64,000 nt of DNA, from assembly GCA_949296965.1 (NCBI GenBank), contig CASFQL010000018.1:3634-67633 (forward strand), given 5' to 3'. A program made the position numbers and the translations under genes. Source of the stretch: an uncultured Christensenella sp. (GTDB lineage Bacteria; Bacillota; Clostridia; Christensenellales; UBA1242). Positions 47,235-56,871 of the stretch are shown in pieces. The notes beneath the pieces are model-generated. The model saw only the letters and a list, made by a program, of their open reading frames with translations, did no database searches and was not told the DNA's origin. How positions within the stretch are numbered: position 1 is the stretch's first letter; each line of letters opens with the position of its first letter.

Positions 47235-47609
47235 TTATATCCATTTTGTTTTATTTATATTATTAAAAGTTAAGTCCCCACCTTTTTTATCTGCATATTC
47301 TAACATATCGTTAAGTAATGAAATGTTTTTGCTTCTTAACAAATCTTGTTCTTTTTTTTGCAACTTTTCATTAGACATTTCAAGTTCAGTTAAAATCTGT
47401 TTACTTCTTCTAATATGAGTTAAATATGCTTTTTTAAGTGCAAAACTTGTTAATTTTGTGCCAATATTAAAAGCGTAAGAGTTTTTAAAAGTTACAAAAT
47501 ACTTCTTAGTTTTTTTAGAATAATAAATTTTATACTCTCTATCTATTTGACTTATCCTTTTAGAAATATTAAATAAATCTCTTTTTACTTGATATATGAA
47601 ATTATCCAT
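47235..47609 (-). CDS. hypothetical phage protein (124 aa, basic)
   Basis: An SD is present and the gene lies directly downstream of the capsid gene. Confidence 0.5.
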   Translation of the reverse strand: MDNFIYQVKRDLFNISKRISQIDREYKIYYSKKTKKYFVTFKNSYAFNIGTKLTSFALKKAYLTHIRRSKQILTELEMSNEKLQKKEQDLLRSKNISLLNDMLEYADKKGGDLTFNNINKTKWI

Positions 47610-47633
47610 TTTCCTGCCTTTTATAAAAATGAA

Positions 47634-48797
47634 TTATGATTTTACTATGTTTGAAATTTTTCCTTGCCCTGCTGGTCTATCACAAATAAGTTCAGCATAT
47701 TTTACCAAAGTAGCAGAATAAGTTGGAGTTGTGCTAGATGGAATTAAAATGCTTCCATTTTCAGTTTCAAGCCATTCCCAATCGCAAAGTTGATGTAAGA
47801 CAAAATCTTTTGAGTTAAGCAAATACATTGTCCCGTCTTCGACAAATCTTTCATAAATAACAGGTATTCCTGCATAAGTCATTGCCTTATATCCACCTTC
47901 CAAAACAGTAGTATCAATGTTTCTTCTAAAATTTGAAAGATAAGTTTGATATGCAGTTCTTACATCGCCAGATACGGCAATAAAGTCAACCTGCTCGCCT
48001 GTTTCTTCTTCAATAGAATTAAGTGCATTTTGAATTAAAGCATCACTAACTTGATTTGAAGTGCTACTATCATTAATATATGGATATAACCACTTATAAT
48101 TTGCTCTATCTACACCATAAATTACTGAATTTTCAGCACTTGTATCAAAAATTCTTTTTATTCCTGTAATTTCGTTGTCTTTTGAAGCACAAGCATAGAC
48201 TTTATCACCGTTAATAAAATCGTAAGTTTGGTCAAAAGTTACCTTTTTTGCCTTTCTATCTACATATGTAATAGTAAATTCAGTTTTTACAGGACTATTT
48301 GAAGAATAGATGTCAACTTTCATACCCTCGACTAAATTCTTAACACTATCAAAAGTTACATCGCTTTCATCAACAACAGCAGTCGCTACAAGGCCTGTGC
48401 CATCGCCATAAAGCATACGACCTAGGTTAAAAGCACTTGATTTAATAAGACTATCCATTTCATCATTTAAAAGATTTACAAAAGCACCTGTGTCTGACAT
48501 ACTTGCCCTAATAGCCTTGTCTGAAAGTGCGATTGTCCCATATAAATTTTTCAAACTTGTTTTAAATTGTAAGAATTTGTGAGAACTTGCTTTTGGAAGG
48601 TCGCCTGTTTCAGTTGATGCCGATATGCCACCATTCAAGCCATATGGTGCAAGTTTAATAATTTCTTTTCCATAAACATCTTTACTCGATTGCTTTATCA
48701 TAGATAAAAATGCGTTAGATTTTACATTAAGTTGTTCACTTAAAACGCCTAAATAAACAGATTTTAAAGCGTTTTGTGCAGAAGTTAAAGTTACCAT
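47634..48797 (-). CDS. phage major capsid protein (HK97-fold type)
   Basis: 387 aa protein with SD AAGGAGA, positioned after the scaffold gene. The GRMLYGDGTGLVAT and ALSDKAIRAS regions are typical of capsid families. Confidence 0.7.
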   Translation of the reverse strand: MVTLTSAQNALKSVYLGVLSEQLNVKSNAFLSMIKQSSKDVYGKEIIKLAPYGLNGGISASTETGDLPKASSHKFLQFKTSLKNLYGTIALSDKAIRASMSDTGAFVNLLNDEMDSLIKSSAFNLGRMLYGDGTGLVATAVVDESDVTFDSVKNLVEGMKVDIYSSNSPVKTEFTITYVDRKAKKVTFDQTYDFINGDKVYACASKDNEITGIKRIFDTSAENSVIYGVDRANYKWLYPYINDSSTSNQVSDALIQNALNSIEEETGEQVDFIAVSGDVRTAYQTYLSNFRRNIDTTVLEGGYKAMTYAGIPVIYERFVEDGTMYLLNSKDFVLHQLCDWEWLETENGSILIPSSTTPTYSATLVKYAELICDRPAGQGKISNIVKS

Positions 48798-48849
48798 TTT
48801 TTTCTCCTTATATTTAACTTTTTTGTTTTTAAAACTATTTTACTAAAAG

Positions 48850-49344
48850 TTATTTATTACTAGTAAAAAGTTCTTTAACTATTCTTTCTGCCTCCTCCAA
48901 AGTCTTAGGTTTGCTTTGCGGACTAACTAAAACATTGCTTCCCCTATCAACACCTATTAACTTTGGAGTTGGTGAAAGATTGAGATTATCAATATAATTT
49001 GCAACCACCTTATCTTTTAAGGCTTGGTTAGACAAAATATATTCTAAAATTCTCTTTTCTTTATCTTCTTTTGTAAGAGAATTTTCTTCTTGCTCAACAA
49101 GTTCTTTTGGTGAAGATTTTTCTTCATTATCATTTAGAGTTTTTTGTAGAGCAGCAAGCGATTGACATTTTTTTGTGTAATCGCTTTGTAAATTGTTATA
49201 GGCATTTAATAGACTAATTGCGTCCTTAAATTTGCCTAATTTGGAGCCATTATCATCATTTTTAGACCCTTCATTCTCAATTTGCAAAATTCCTTTGCCT
49301 TGTCCATCTGTGATATTTGGTTGTTCCAGAATTTCATTATCCAT
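48850..49344 (-). CDS. putative scaffolding protein
   Basis: 164 aa acidic, helical protein between the portal and capsid genes, with SD AAGGAGA. Confidence 0.5.
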   Translation of the reverse strand: MDNEILEQPNITDGQGKGILQIENEGSKNDDNGSKLGKFKDAISLLNAYNNLQSDYTKKCQSLAALQKTLNDNEEKSSPKELVEQEENSLTKEDKEKRILEYILSNQALKDKVVANYIDNLNLSPTPKLIGVDRGSNVLVSPQSKPKTLEEAERIVKELFTSNK

Positions 49345-49633
49345 AAAATAATCTCCTTTATAATAAAAAATTTAATGTAATTAATATTTAATTATTTATA
49401 ATTAATTTAAAATCTACAAACTATAAAAATAATTTTGAAAATGAATTTTTAACTAATTTAGTTATGATAAAAACTGATATTACAAAATTTGAAATAAAAA
49501 TTGATAAATAATGATAATTATTTGTAAAATTTTATTGGTTTTTTAAAAAATTTATAAAAATTTGTTTTTAAATAATATAAAAAGTATCATAAAGAAATAA
49601 AAAGTTTTTTTACTTTTTAAATAAAAACTAAAA

Positions 49634-51211
49634 CTAAATATTTATTCCAAAAAGTTCTAAAATTTTTCTCTTTGCTTCTTCTTCAAAATTTCCATTTTCA
49701 TCTCTAAAAATATTTGAAGATAAAAGTTTTAAAATATTATCTCGTTTTGTAGATAAGCTTTCAGTAAGAACGCAATCACTAACAAATACAATGTCTTCAA
49801 GCCCTAAATCACTATTTTTAAAGTATTTAATACTGATTTCTTTCTTGTCATTTGAAATTTTTACAAGTCTAGGAAGAACGGCAAACTGTTTATATAATCT
49901 CAAAATCATTTTCGCTAAACTTTTTACAGCACCATCAATTTCTTCTATTGTAATATTTAACCTTGATGAATCTTGTTCAATAAGCAATTCAAGTGCTGTC
50001 CCGCTTAAAGAATTTGCACTAAATTGGTTTGTTAAGATATTGGTAACACCGCTAATTTCACTAAATTCATTTAGTAAACTTTCTTCTTCATCATCAAAAC
50101 AATTTGGGAGAGTTTCTTCACTTAAAAATTTTGGAGCATTCCCTCCCCTTTTATAAACTATTACTTTGCCAGGTTCTAGTCCGTCTTGGACAAGACTATC
50201 TATATCTACACTTCCATCTTCAACTGTTAACACTCCCATACTAATACGGTTAAGGTATTCGTGTTTTCTATTTTTCACAGCATTGTATGCCCTTTGAATT
50301 GGAATGATTTTATCTATGACACTTTTACCCCAGAAGCACCCTGCAATTGGTATACAAGTTTGTTTAATAAATGGGAATCCTCTTTGTCCATCAGGTAAAT
50401 TAACAAAAGGAAGTTCTCCTAGATAAAGCAATTTGTCTTCGCAAACAATAATTAACCGTCCATTTGGAAATTCTTGTGAAGGCATTTCATATTTTTCAAT
50501 AATGATAGCATGGTTATGTTTACACCCAGAAGAAAGTGAAGTTGTAGTATAATCAAAAATGTCAATATCTCTACCCTTCACATCTATTCCCCAAATATTT
50601 TTGATAGCCTTTACACTGTATGCTTTTGCATGAATAATACTTTCGCAGTCATTTATATTTTCGCAAAAATTATTATCTGGGAAAATTTCAAAAGGAGAAA
50701 CAACACTTATATCGACTTCCCCTTCTTTCACATAATTGTTATCATTATTATAAATCTTTTTACCAATAGTGGAATTCCAAACAACTTTATAAAAACTTGT
50801 ACCTGTTATTTCGCTCCACTTTATTGCATTTGAGATAGATTTAGACAAATTTAGTTTCTCATAAACTGACCTTAAAATATCTTGCGACAAGTCGGCAATT
50901 TTTTGGTCATCTATTGATGAACTTGCAGGAAGAATATCCATTTCGGGTTTAACAGCGGTAAGTTTTGAAATTCTGTTTTCAATTAACGGGGCAATATGAT
51001 TGAAAACTTCTCTTTCTTGCCAATAGTAATTTTTTTGATTATCTTCAATATCACTTAAAATGTTAATGCTAGTGAACTGATTACCTATAAAAAAATTATT
51101 ATTGAGTCGCCACTGTGCTTCAAAAGGTTTTCTTTCCTTTTGTCTATTTTCAAAATCTTCCCTAACAGATTTAACTAAATCTTCAACAAAATAATCTTTT
51201 TTCTTTCTCAT
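49634..51211 (-). CDS. putative phage portal protein
   Basis: 525 aa protein in the canonical position between terminase and scaffold/capsid. The call rests on size and order. Confidence 0.6.
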   Translation of the reverse strand: MRKKKDYFVEDLVKSVREDFENRQKERKPFEAQWRLNNNFFIGNQFTSINILSDIEDNQKNYYWQEREVFNHIAPLIENRISKLTAVKPEMDILPASSSIDDQKIADLSQDILRSVYEKLNLSKSISNAIKWSEITGTSFYKVVWNSTIGKKIYNNDNNYVKEGEVDISVVSPFEIFPDNNFCENINDCESIIHAKAYSVKAIKNIWGIDVKGRDIDIFDYTTTSLSSGCKHNHAIIIEKYEMPSQEFPNGRLIIVCEDKLLYLGELPFVNLPDGQRGFPFIKQTCIPIAGCFWGKSVIDKIIPIQRAYNAVKNRKHEYLNRISMGVLTVEDGSVDIDSLVQDGLEPGKVIVYKRGGNAPKFLSEETLPNCFDDEEESLLNEFSEISGVTNILTNQFSANSLSGTALELLIEQDSSRLNITIEEIDGAVKSLAKMILRLYKQFAVLPRLVKISNDKKEISIKYFKNSDLGLEDIVFVSDCVLTESLSTKRDNILKLLSSNIFRDENGNFEEEAKRKILELFGINI

Positions 51212-51415
51212 AACTTTTTCCTTTTTTTTGATTTTAATTAAAACTTTTAAAAACTCGTAATTTATAATGACTAAACAAATGTAAAAACTTTTTATTAGTA
51301 TAGTAATCTTTGATAAATTGTTATCTAAACTTGCATTTTAACAAATTCTTATGGGTTTAAGTTAAACAAACTATTTAGACCTTTAAAAAAATAATTTATA
51401 AATAAAAATAAAATT

Positions 51416-51727
51416 TTAACTTTTGTCTTTTAATAATTTAAGAAGTCTTTCTTTTTCTAATTCCAATTCTTCATCGCTTAAAGATGAAAGATTTTGAGAA
51501 TTTGTGTTCATATCAAATAAAATTTTAATAGAACTTAAATCAGGTGCGTGATTTTTTGTAGTTACCTTTTGACTTTTTAAAATCTTTTTCCCATTGTTAT
51601 CTAAAATAAATTCTTCAACTGTTTCGCTAGTAGAAACTCCCTTTGCAAGATTAATCAAGGAATCTATCAAAATTTTTTCTTGTTCTTCTAATACTTTATT
51701 CTTACTTTCGTCCTTACTTTTCTTCAT
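51416..51727 (-). CDS. hypothetical acidic protein (103 aa)
   Basis: Intact ORF between terL and portal, with a coiled C-terminus LSDEELELEKERLLKLLKD. Confidence 0.4.
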   Translation of the reverse strand: MKKSKDESKNKVLEEQEKILIDSLINLAKGVSTSETVEEFILDNNGKKILKSQKVTTKNHAPDLSSIKILFDMNTNSQNLSSLSDEELELEKERLLKLLKDKS

Positions 51728-51806
51728 TTTTTAATCCTTATTAAAAAAACAACAGTTCATCTTTAAAATTTTTCTTATTAAAAATATATAAAATTTTAAT
51801 TATAAT

Positions 51807-53231
51807 TTAATTCCAATTCTTTCTTTGATTTCTCAGTGCTATTTTATCCTTATGTTTTTCAAGTGGTCCTTTTGGTCTTATATGGGCGTTAGGTTTGGTC
51901 ATCAAATAATATCTTAATTCATCAAGGCAGTGGTCATCTTTTTTTATAGGATTATCACCAGCACCCCAGAAATATGTTTTAAACTCTCTAATTAAATTCA
52001 CACAATTACTGAAAATAAATAACTTAGATTCATTAAGAGAATTTCTTAAATAACTTTTAACCTGAGCAATGCCTGAAAACAAATCTTTGTTAACCTTAGT
52101 ATTAACATTAATTCCTCTTTCAAAGAAAAGTTCTGCCACACTTTTAACACCATTCAAAGTTCTTTGCCCAGCAGCACTATCAATGTAGGCTTCATATCTT
52201 CCGTTACTATCTTGCTTCCAATCTAAAATCTTGCATATCTCTTTTATTTTATTTGCATGATAGTCAATATCTTTGTTTGCTTCAAAGTGTTCGGCAATTA
52301 CAAAAACATTACCATCATAATCAACTGCATACCAATGACAAGCAAGCGGATTATTAAGCCCGGGATCTATTGATATAGAGTCATACCAATCTTTTGGGAC
52401 GCTAAAAGGTTCTATAACATTAACTTCACTATCAAATTCTTTATAAACTAACCCCGTAGAAGACATAAATCTACCATATTTTCGTGCTTCTAAATCATCT
52501 TTTGAAAGAGATTTTTCAAAATATTCAATTTCTTTCTTATCAAGGAAAGGATTATCCTTCCACTCCATTTGTTCAAACCAAATTTCGCTGTCATTTTTAG
52601 TATTTAAAAAAATTTCATCATACACCCAAGTTAAACCCTTTAATGGAGTCATTGTCCCAAACAAATCTCCCTTTTTATCAAGGACTCTCATTTTACATTC
52701 TAAATAAATTTCAAAAGGCGGTTCTTCGTCAAACCAAACAAAATCTAAACTTGTCCCTTGAAACTTTTCTCTACCTTGGTCGCAACTTTTAAAGCCAATA
52801 GTAGAAATTCCGCCAAAAATATTCTTAATTTTTATATAATCAATAATTCCGCTTTCAGGGAAATCTTTTTTGCCTTGAAGCATTACAATTTCTTGTATCC
52901 AAAGAGGGTTAAGATAGTGCAAAATTTTCTTTTGTGAGACATCTCTTTGAACTTGTTTTGACAAACTAACTACCCAACCACTAACATTTTTTTTATTCTC
53001 TCTAAAAGGGTGATTCCCCCTTGCCATATATATTGCTTCTACTGCACCACATTCAGTTTTGCCTGTTCTATTACCACCAAAAACCCACCTATTTCTCTTT
53101 TGATTTTTATGAAAAGCAATTTGTTTTAAGTGTTTTGTTTTCCCACAATTATATAATGATAATTTATCAAACTTCTTTCTTTTTGAAATTTCATTTAAAA
53201 TCATATTAAGTTTGTAAATAATTTCTCTCAT
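51807..53231 (-). CDS. terL: phage terminase large subunit
   Basis: Walker A FGGNRTGKTE, Walker B LDFVWFDEE and a C-terminal RNaseH-like nuclease region (SIDPG...DD). The ATG at 53231 follows AAAGGTGA. Confidence 0.85.
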   Translation of the reverse strand: MREIIYKLNMILNEISKRKKFDKLSLYNCGKTKHLKQIAFHKNQKRNRWVFGGNRTGKTECGAVEAIYMARGNHPFRENKKNVSGWVVSLSKQVQRDVSQKKILHYLNPLWIQEIVMLQGKKDFPESGIIDYIKIKNIFGGISTIGFKSCDQGREKFQGTSLDFVWFDEEPPFEIYLECKMRVLDKKGDLFGTMTPLKGLTWVYDEIFLNTKNDSEIWFEQMEWKDNPFLDKKEIEYFEKSLSKDDLEARKYGRFMSSTGLVYKEFDSEVNVIEPFSVPKDWYDSISIDPGLNNPLACHWYAVDYDGNVFVIAEHFEANKDIDYHANKIKEICKILDWKQDSNGRYEAYIDSAAGQRTLNGVKSVAELFFERGINVNTKVNKDLFSGIAQVKSYLRNSLNESKLFIFSNCVNLIREFKTYFWGAGDNPIKKDDHCLDELRYYLMTKPNAHIRPKGPLEKHKDKIALRNQRKNWN

Positions 53232-53528
53232 TAACTTCACCTTTCGACAAAAAAACTAAAAATAAAATTCTTGATAAAATGTAAAATTTAATTAATAAGT
53301 TCAAAAGAAAATTTATAAGCAAAACACCTTAAATAAATTAAAAAAGTTAGAGAGTATAAAGTTTAAATTATTAAATTTAGTTAATAATTATAAGTGCTAA
53401 CTTTTTCATCTTTTTTTAAAAGTATTATGGTTTAATATTTTACTAAAATTAAGTTAACTAAATTTTCTAAAGATTTTAAAATTTATAAATACAATTTCTT
53501 TTATAAAGACTAAGGAGGCAATTCTAGT

Positions 53529-54332
53529 TTGAAAAAATTTTTTGTTTTGCTTTTTCTTGCTCTTTGTTTAATCGCAAATGTTCCAAAAACTAAATTAGCA
53601 AGTGCAAAGTATACTACTTACATTTATGCAAGAGTGGAAAATTCTGGTGTATATTTATATAAAAACACTACTCCTACACCTACTAATGCTCTTTTTGAAA
53701 TTCCACAAACCTATTTTGTTTTAATTCTTTCAAACTTTGATGCTAACTTTTATAAAGCACAATATAGAGATGTAGTGGGTTATGTTTTGAAAAAAGAAGT
53801 CGTTCCCGTTTCGGAAACTCCCAAAAATCCGTTTTTAGAAACTGTTACATTTAGAGTATATTCAAGTGATGGAACGGGAATTATGTCCACTCCATTTGAT
53901 AATAAAGTTGAGATTGGTAAAGTCAAAGAACTTGAAGACATTGATTATTACGGAACTATAATTGGAACAGAAGAAATTGAAGATAGGGGCTTTACATGGA
54001 TTTATGGAAAAACAAATAGCGGAGTTATGGGATACTTTTATGCAGGTTTATGTGATAAAATTGAAGGATATGTAGAAAATAATGAAACAACTACTATTTT
54101 AAAAGACGCATTTAAAACAGAAAATAAAGATTATTTATATAATTTAGTTGATATTTCTACGGGACTAAAAATTCTCTTAATATCATTAATAACTATTCCT
54201 GCTATTGCTCTTTTAGTTTTGTTGTTTGTTCCATTTCCAAAAAAACAAGTTGAAATTATAAAAAAGAAAAATACTATCAAAAAACCTAAAACTTTTAAGC
54301 AAATCCAAGACTATAATGATGACTTATTATAG
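53529..54332 (+). CDS. secreted/membrane-anchored SH3b-like domain protein
   Basis: Signal peptide MKKFFVLLFLALCLIANV, two SH3-like segments (FYKAQYRDVVGYVLKKEV; GFTWIYGKTNSGVMGYFY) and a C-terminal TM. The TTG start follows AAGGAGG. Confidence 0.6.
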   Translation: MKKFFVLLFLALCLIANVPKTKLASAKYTTYIYARVENSGVYLYKNTTPTPTNALFEIPQTYFVLILSNFDANFYKAQYRDVVGYVLKKEVVPVSETPKNPFLETVTFRVYSSDGTGIMSTPFDNKVEIGKVKELEDIDYYGTIIGTEEIEDRGFTWIYGKTNSGVMGYFYAGLCDKIEGYVENNETTTILKDAFKTENKDYLYNLVDISTGLKILLISLITIPAIALLVLLFVPFPKKQVEIIKKKNTIKKPKTFKQIQDYNDDLL

Positions 54333-54414
54333 TTATTAATAACATATTAAGTTTTCATAAGTTTAATTTAAACAATTATTTTAAAAACGAAAAATTAAAA
54401 AACTACTTAAATAC

Positions 54415-54506
54415 GAACTATGTGCAGTAAAAATTTTTATAAAATTTTTACAGTGAAATTTTTAAATAAAATTTCACACAAAAGTGAAACTTTTGGCACA
54501 TAGTTC
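54415..54506. repeat. cloverleaf-type intergenic repeat, copy 6
   Basis: Outer stem GAACTATGTGC/GCACATAGTTC encloses GTAAAAATTTT-TAT-AAAATTTTTAC, GTGAAATTTT-TAAAT-AAAATTTCAC and CAAAAGT-GAA-ACTTTTG. It is followed by CTTTTTTAAAAAA. Confidence 0.9.
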
Positions 54507-54802
54507 CTTTTTTAAAAAACTAATTGCAAACAAAAAAATAATTTAACTTATACTACAATTTTCGACCAATCAGTCAATAATTCATAAAGATTATTGTTAA
54601 AATAATAAGAAATCAAAGAAAATTAATAAAATTAAATAATAATTTATTAAAAACTGTGTAAAAAACACAAATCAAAACCGACTAACTAATCGAATTTATA
54701 GAAATAAACCTTATATGTAAAAATTAATATAGTAAAATTTTATGTATTTCTCTTACTAAAATTATATCATTAGTTACCACATAAAATATCAAAAAAATAT
54801 TT

Positions 54803-55435
54803 CTAAAACAGTTTTCTAAACTTATTAACTATAAGTCCACAAAGAAAATCCTTATTATTAGTAACCATTTCTTCCCCGTCGTTTTTTATTTGAGTTTTTA
54901 AGATATTATTTAAAATATTATCAATAAATTCATCTTTAAGAGATTCCCTAACTGTTAAAGGGGACATCAAAATTTTATATGAAAGTATTTTTTGAAAACT
55001 ATCAAGGGCTGATGCTAGTTTTCTAAAAAAAGTTCTACGGTCCATATCAAAAAGCATTGGGCATTGGCTTGAAGGAAGTGAATCAACATATCTTACAATA
55101 AGCAAGTTTCTATATTCGCTTTTAATATCAACAAGAGATTCTTCTATCATTATTTTTAGATTAATAAAATTAATTTTTTGCTGTTCTAAAAGAAGAATTT
55201 TATCTGCTAAATCATAAACAGTTTGACCTTGCTGTAAATAGATTGAATTTTTTGCTTTTGACAAAACCAAACTATCAATTGAAGAAACAATATTAGGAAT
55301 TAGAGAGTAAATAGAGAGAAAGGCTTTACTCCACGACCTTAAATTCTTCTTTGACAACTTATTAATCTCGTTTAAGGAAGGAATAATCTTATCGGTTTTA
55401 GAAATCTTTGTGTTATTTAAAATATTCAAAATCAT
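54803..55435 (-). CDS. putative sigma-70 region-4-like transcription regulator (ArpU/RinA/DUF1492-like)
   Basis: The segment EYRNLLIVRYVDSLPSSQCPMLFDMDRRTFFRKLASALDSF resembles a region-4 HTH. An SD GGAGGT lies upstream. The family assignment is tentative. Confidence 0.4.
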   Translation of the reverse strand: MILNILNNTKISKTDKIIPSLNEINKLSKKNLRSWSKAFLSIYSLIPNIVSSIDSLVLSKAKNSIYLQQGQTVYDLADKILLLEQQKINFINLKIMIEESLVDIKSEYRNLLIVRYVDSLPSSQCPMLFDMDRRTFFRKLASALDSFQKILSYKILMSPLTVRESLKDEFIDNILNNILKTQIKNDGEEMVTNNKDFLCGLIVNKFRKLF

Positions 55436-55908
55436 TTATACCTCCATTTTAATTTGTGCTTCTTTATCTTATCACCATAAACCTGACAGAGAATGTCCAC
55501 TTAAAAACTTTTTTGTGAAAATTTTCTCTGTTACCAAAATTTTTTCATAATAAGAAAACACATTCAAGTTTTAGTGTCAATTTTTTATTTTAACGCTTAA
55601 TAAAGTTATAAATAAAAAGAAAAAACAAATAAAATTATTTTTTAAAATTTTATTTAAGCAAAAAAAAATTATAAAAAGAAAAATAAAGATTGTTTAGAAA
55701 ATAGAAAGAAAAAGATAGTTTATTTTGACTTTTTTTAAAGATTTTTGTCATAAAATAGAATAAGAACAAGTATTATTCAATAAACCAAACATTAAAAACA
55801 TAATTATAAAACTATAATAATTAATATATTTCTTATGTAAATCTTTTTTATAATATAAGAACATTTTTATAAAATTTATTTATTAACTACTATAAATTTC
55901 TATAAAAA

Positions 55909-55998
55909 AACTATGTGCCAAAAGTTTTACTTTTGTGTGAAATTTTAACTAAAATTTCACAGTAAAAATTTTTATTAAAATTTTTACAGCACATAGTT
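55909..55998. repeat. cloverleaf-type intergenic repeat, copy 7
   Basis: Outer stem AACTATGTGC/GCACATAGTT encloses CAAAAGT-TTT-ACTTTTG, GTGAAATTTT-AACT-AAAATTTCAC and GTAAAAATTTT-TATT-AAAATTTTTAC. It is nearly the inverted copy of copy 6. Confidence 0.9.
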
Positions 55999-56050
55999 CG
56001 TGTTTATTAGATACGAATTTTTATATAAAGGTTAAAATAAAAAAAACAAA

Positions 56051-56707
56051 CTAAGCAAGTTTGTTTTCCCCTTGATTTTCAATAACAAAGTCCTGTCCTT
56101 CAAGTGTTATTTTATTAATTGAAATTTCATATGCAGTTCGCGTTTCTGTCTCACTTTCTGATAATTTCTTTTGGTATTCTCTGCTTTGAATTCTACCAAT
56201 AATACTTACCTTTTGCCCAACAGTTGAATTTTTTACATATCTAGCATTTCTTCCCCAAGCAATACAAGGTAGATAATCAGATTTATTATAAGACCTATTA
56301 ACCGCTACTAAGACATCACAAATCTCTCTACCAAAGGGAGTTGTTCTAAAAATTGGTTCTTTACAAATAAAACCACTTATTTCAACTAAATTTGGATTCA
56401 TTGTATCATCAATCTCTGCGATACTTCTAACAAAAACATTTAATATTAATTTACTCTTACCATCAACAAATTTATTATAACTTCTAAATTGACCTTGAAT
56501 TGCAACAAGATTACCAACTTCAAAAGATTTATCTAATAGTTTTTCAGAAATAATAACAGGAATAACATCTGAATTTTGTGATAATCTATTCACTGTTATA
56601 TAAATTTCATAAAAACCTTCGCCAAATGATTCGTGGCTAAATACAGGGCGAGAAGAAACCACACCCCTTAAAAAAACTTTGTTATTTTCCATCAATTCGT
56701 AATTCAT
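56051..56707 (-). CDS. tandem OB-fold single-stranded-DNA-binding-like protein (no acidic C-terminal tip)
   Basis: Two SSB-like halves are present: NKVFLRGVVSSRPVF...ITVNR...VAIQGQFRSYN and NLVEISGFICKEPIFRTTPFGREICDVLVAVNR..DYLPCIAWGRNARYV...VSIIGRIQSREY. An SD AGGAGA lies upstream. Confidence 0.65.
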   Translation of the reverse strand: MNYELMENNKVFLRGVVSSRPVFSHESFGEGFYEIYITVNRLSQNSDVIPVIISEKLLDKSFEVGNLVAIQGQFRSYNKFVDGKSKLILNVFVRSIAEIDDTMNPNLVEISGFICKEPIFRTTPFGREICDVLVAVNRSYNKSDYLPCIAWGRNARYVKNSTVGQKVSIIGRIQSREYQKKLSESETETRTAYEISINKITLEGQDFVIENQGENKLA

Positions 56708-56871
56708 TTTTTTCTCCTAATTTTATTTTTTAACTTACTTTTTTGTTTTTTTATATTTACTAAATACATTAGTAATTTCTTAATGATTATTTACTAAAAT
56801 TTTCTATTTAATCTTTATATTTATTTAATTTTTAAATATTTATACTTTTATCAAACAAAACTATTAAACAC

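Larger units (their letters stand above)
44396..53231 (-). mobile_element. phage-like DNA-packaging/head-morphogenesis module with holin-like genes (prophage remnant, satellite or domesticated particle cluster)
   Basis: Co-oriented genes run terL, small acidic ORF, portal, scaffold, major capsid, two small ORFs, a 497-aa beta-propeller-like protein, a BhlA-like holin and a membrane protein. Most have strong SDs. No integrase, repressor, replication, tape-measure/tube/sheath or endolysin gene is seen. Confidence 0.65.
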
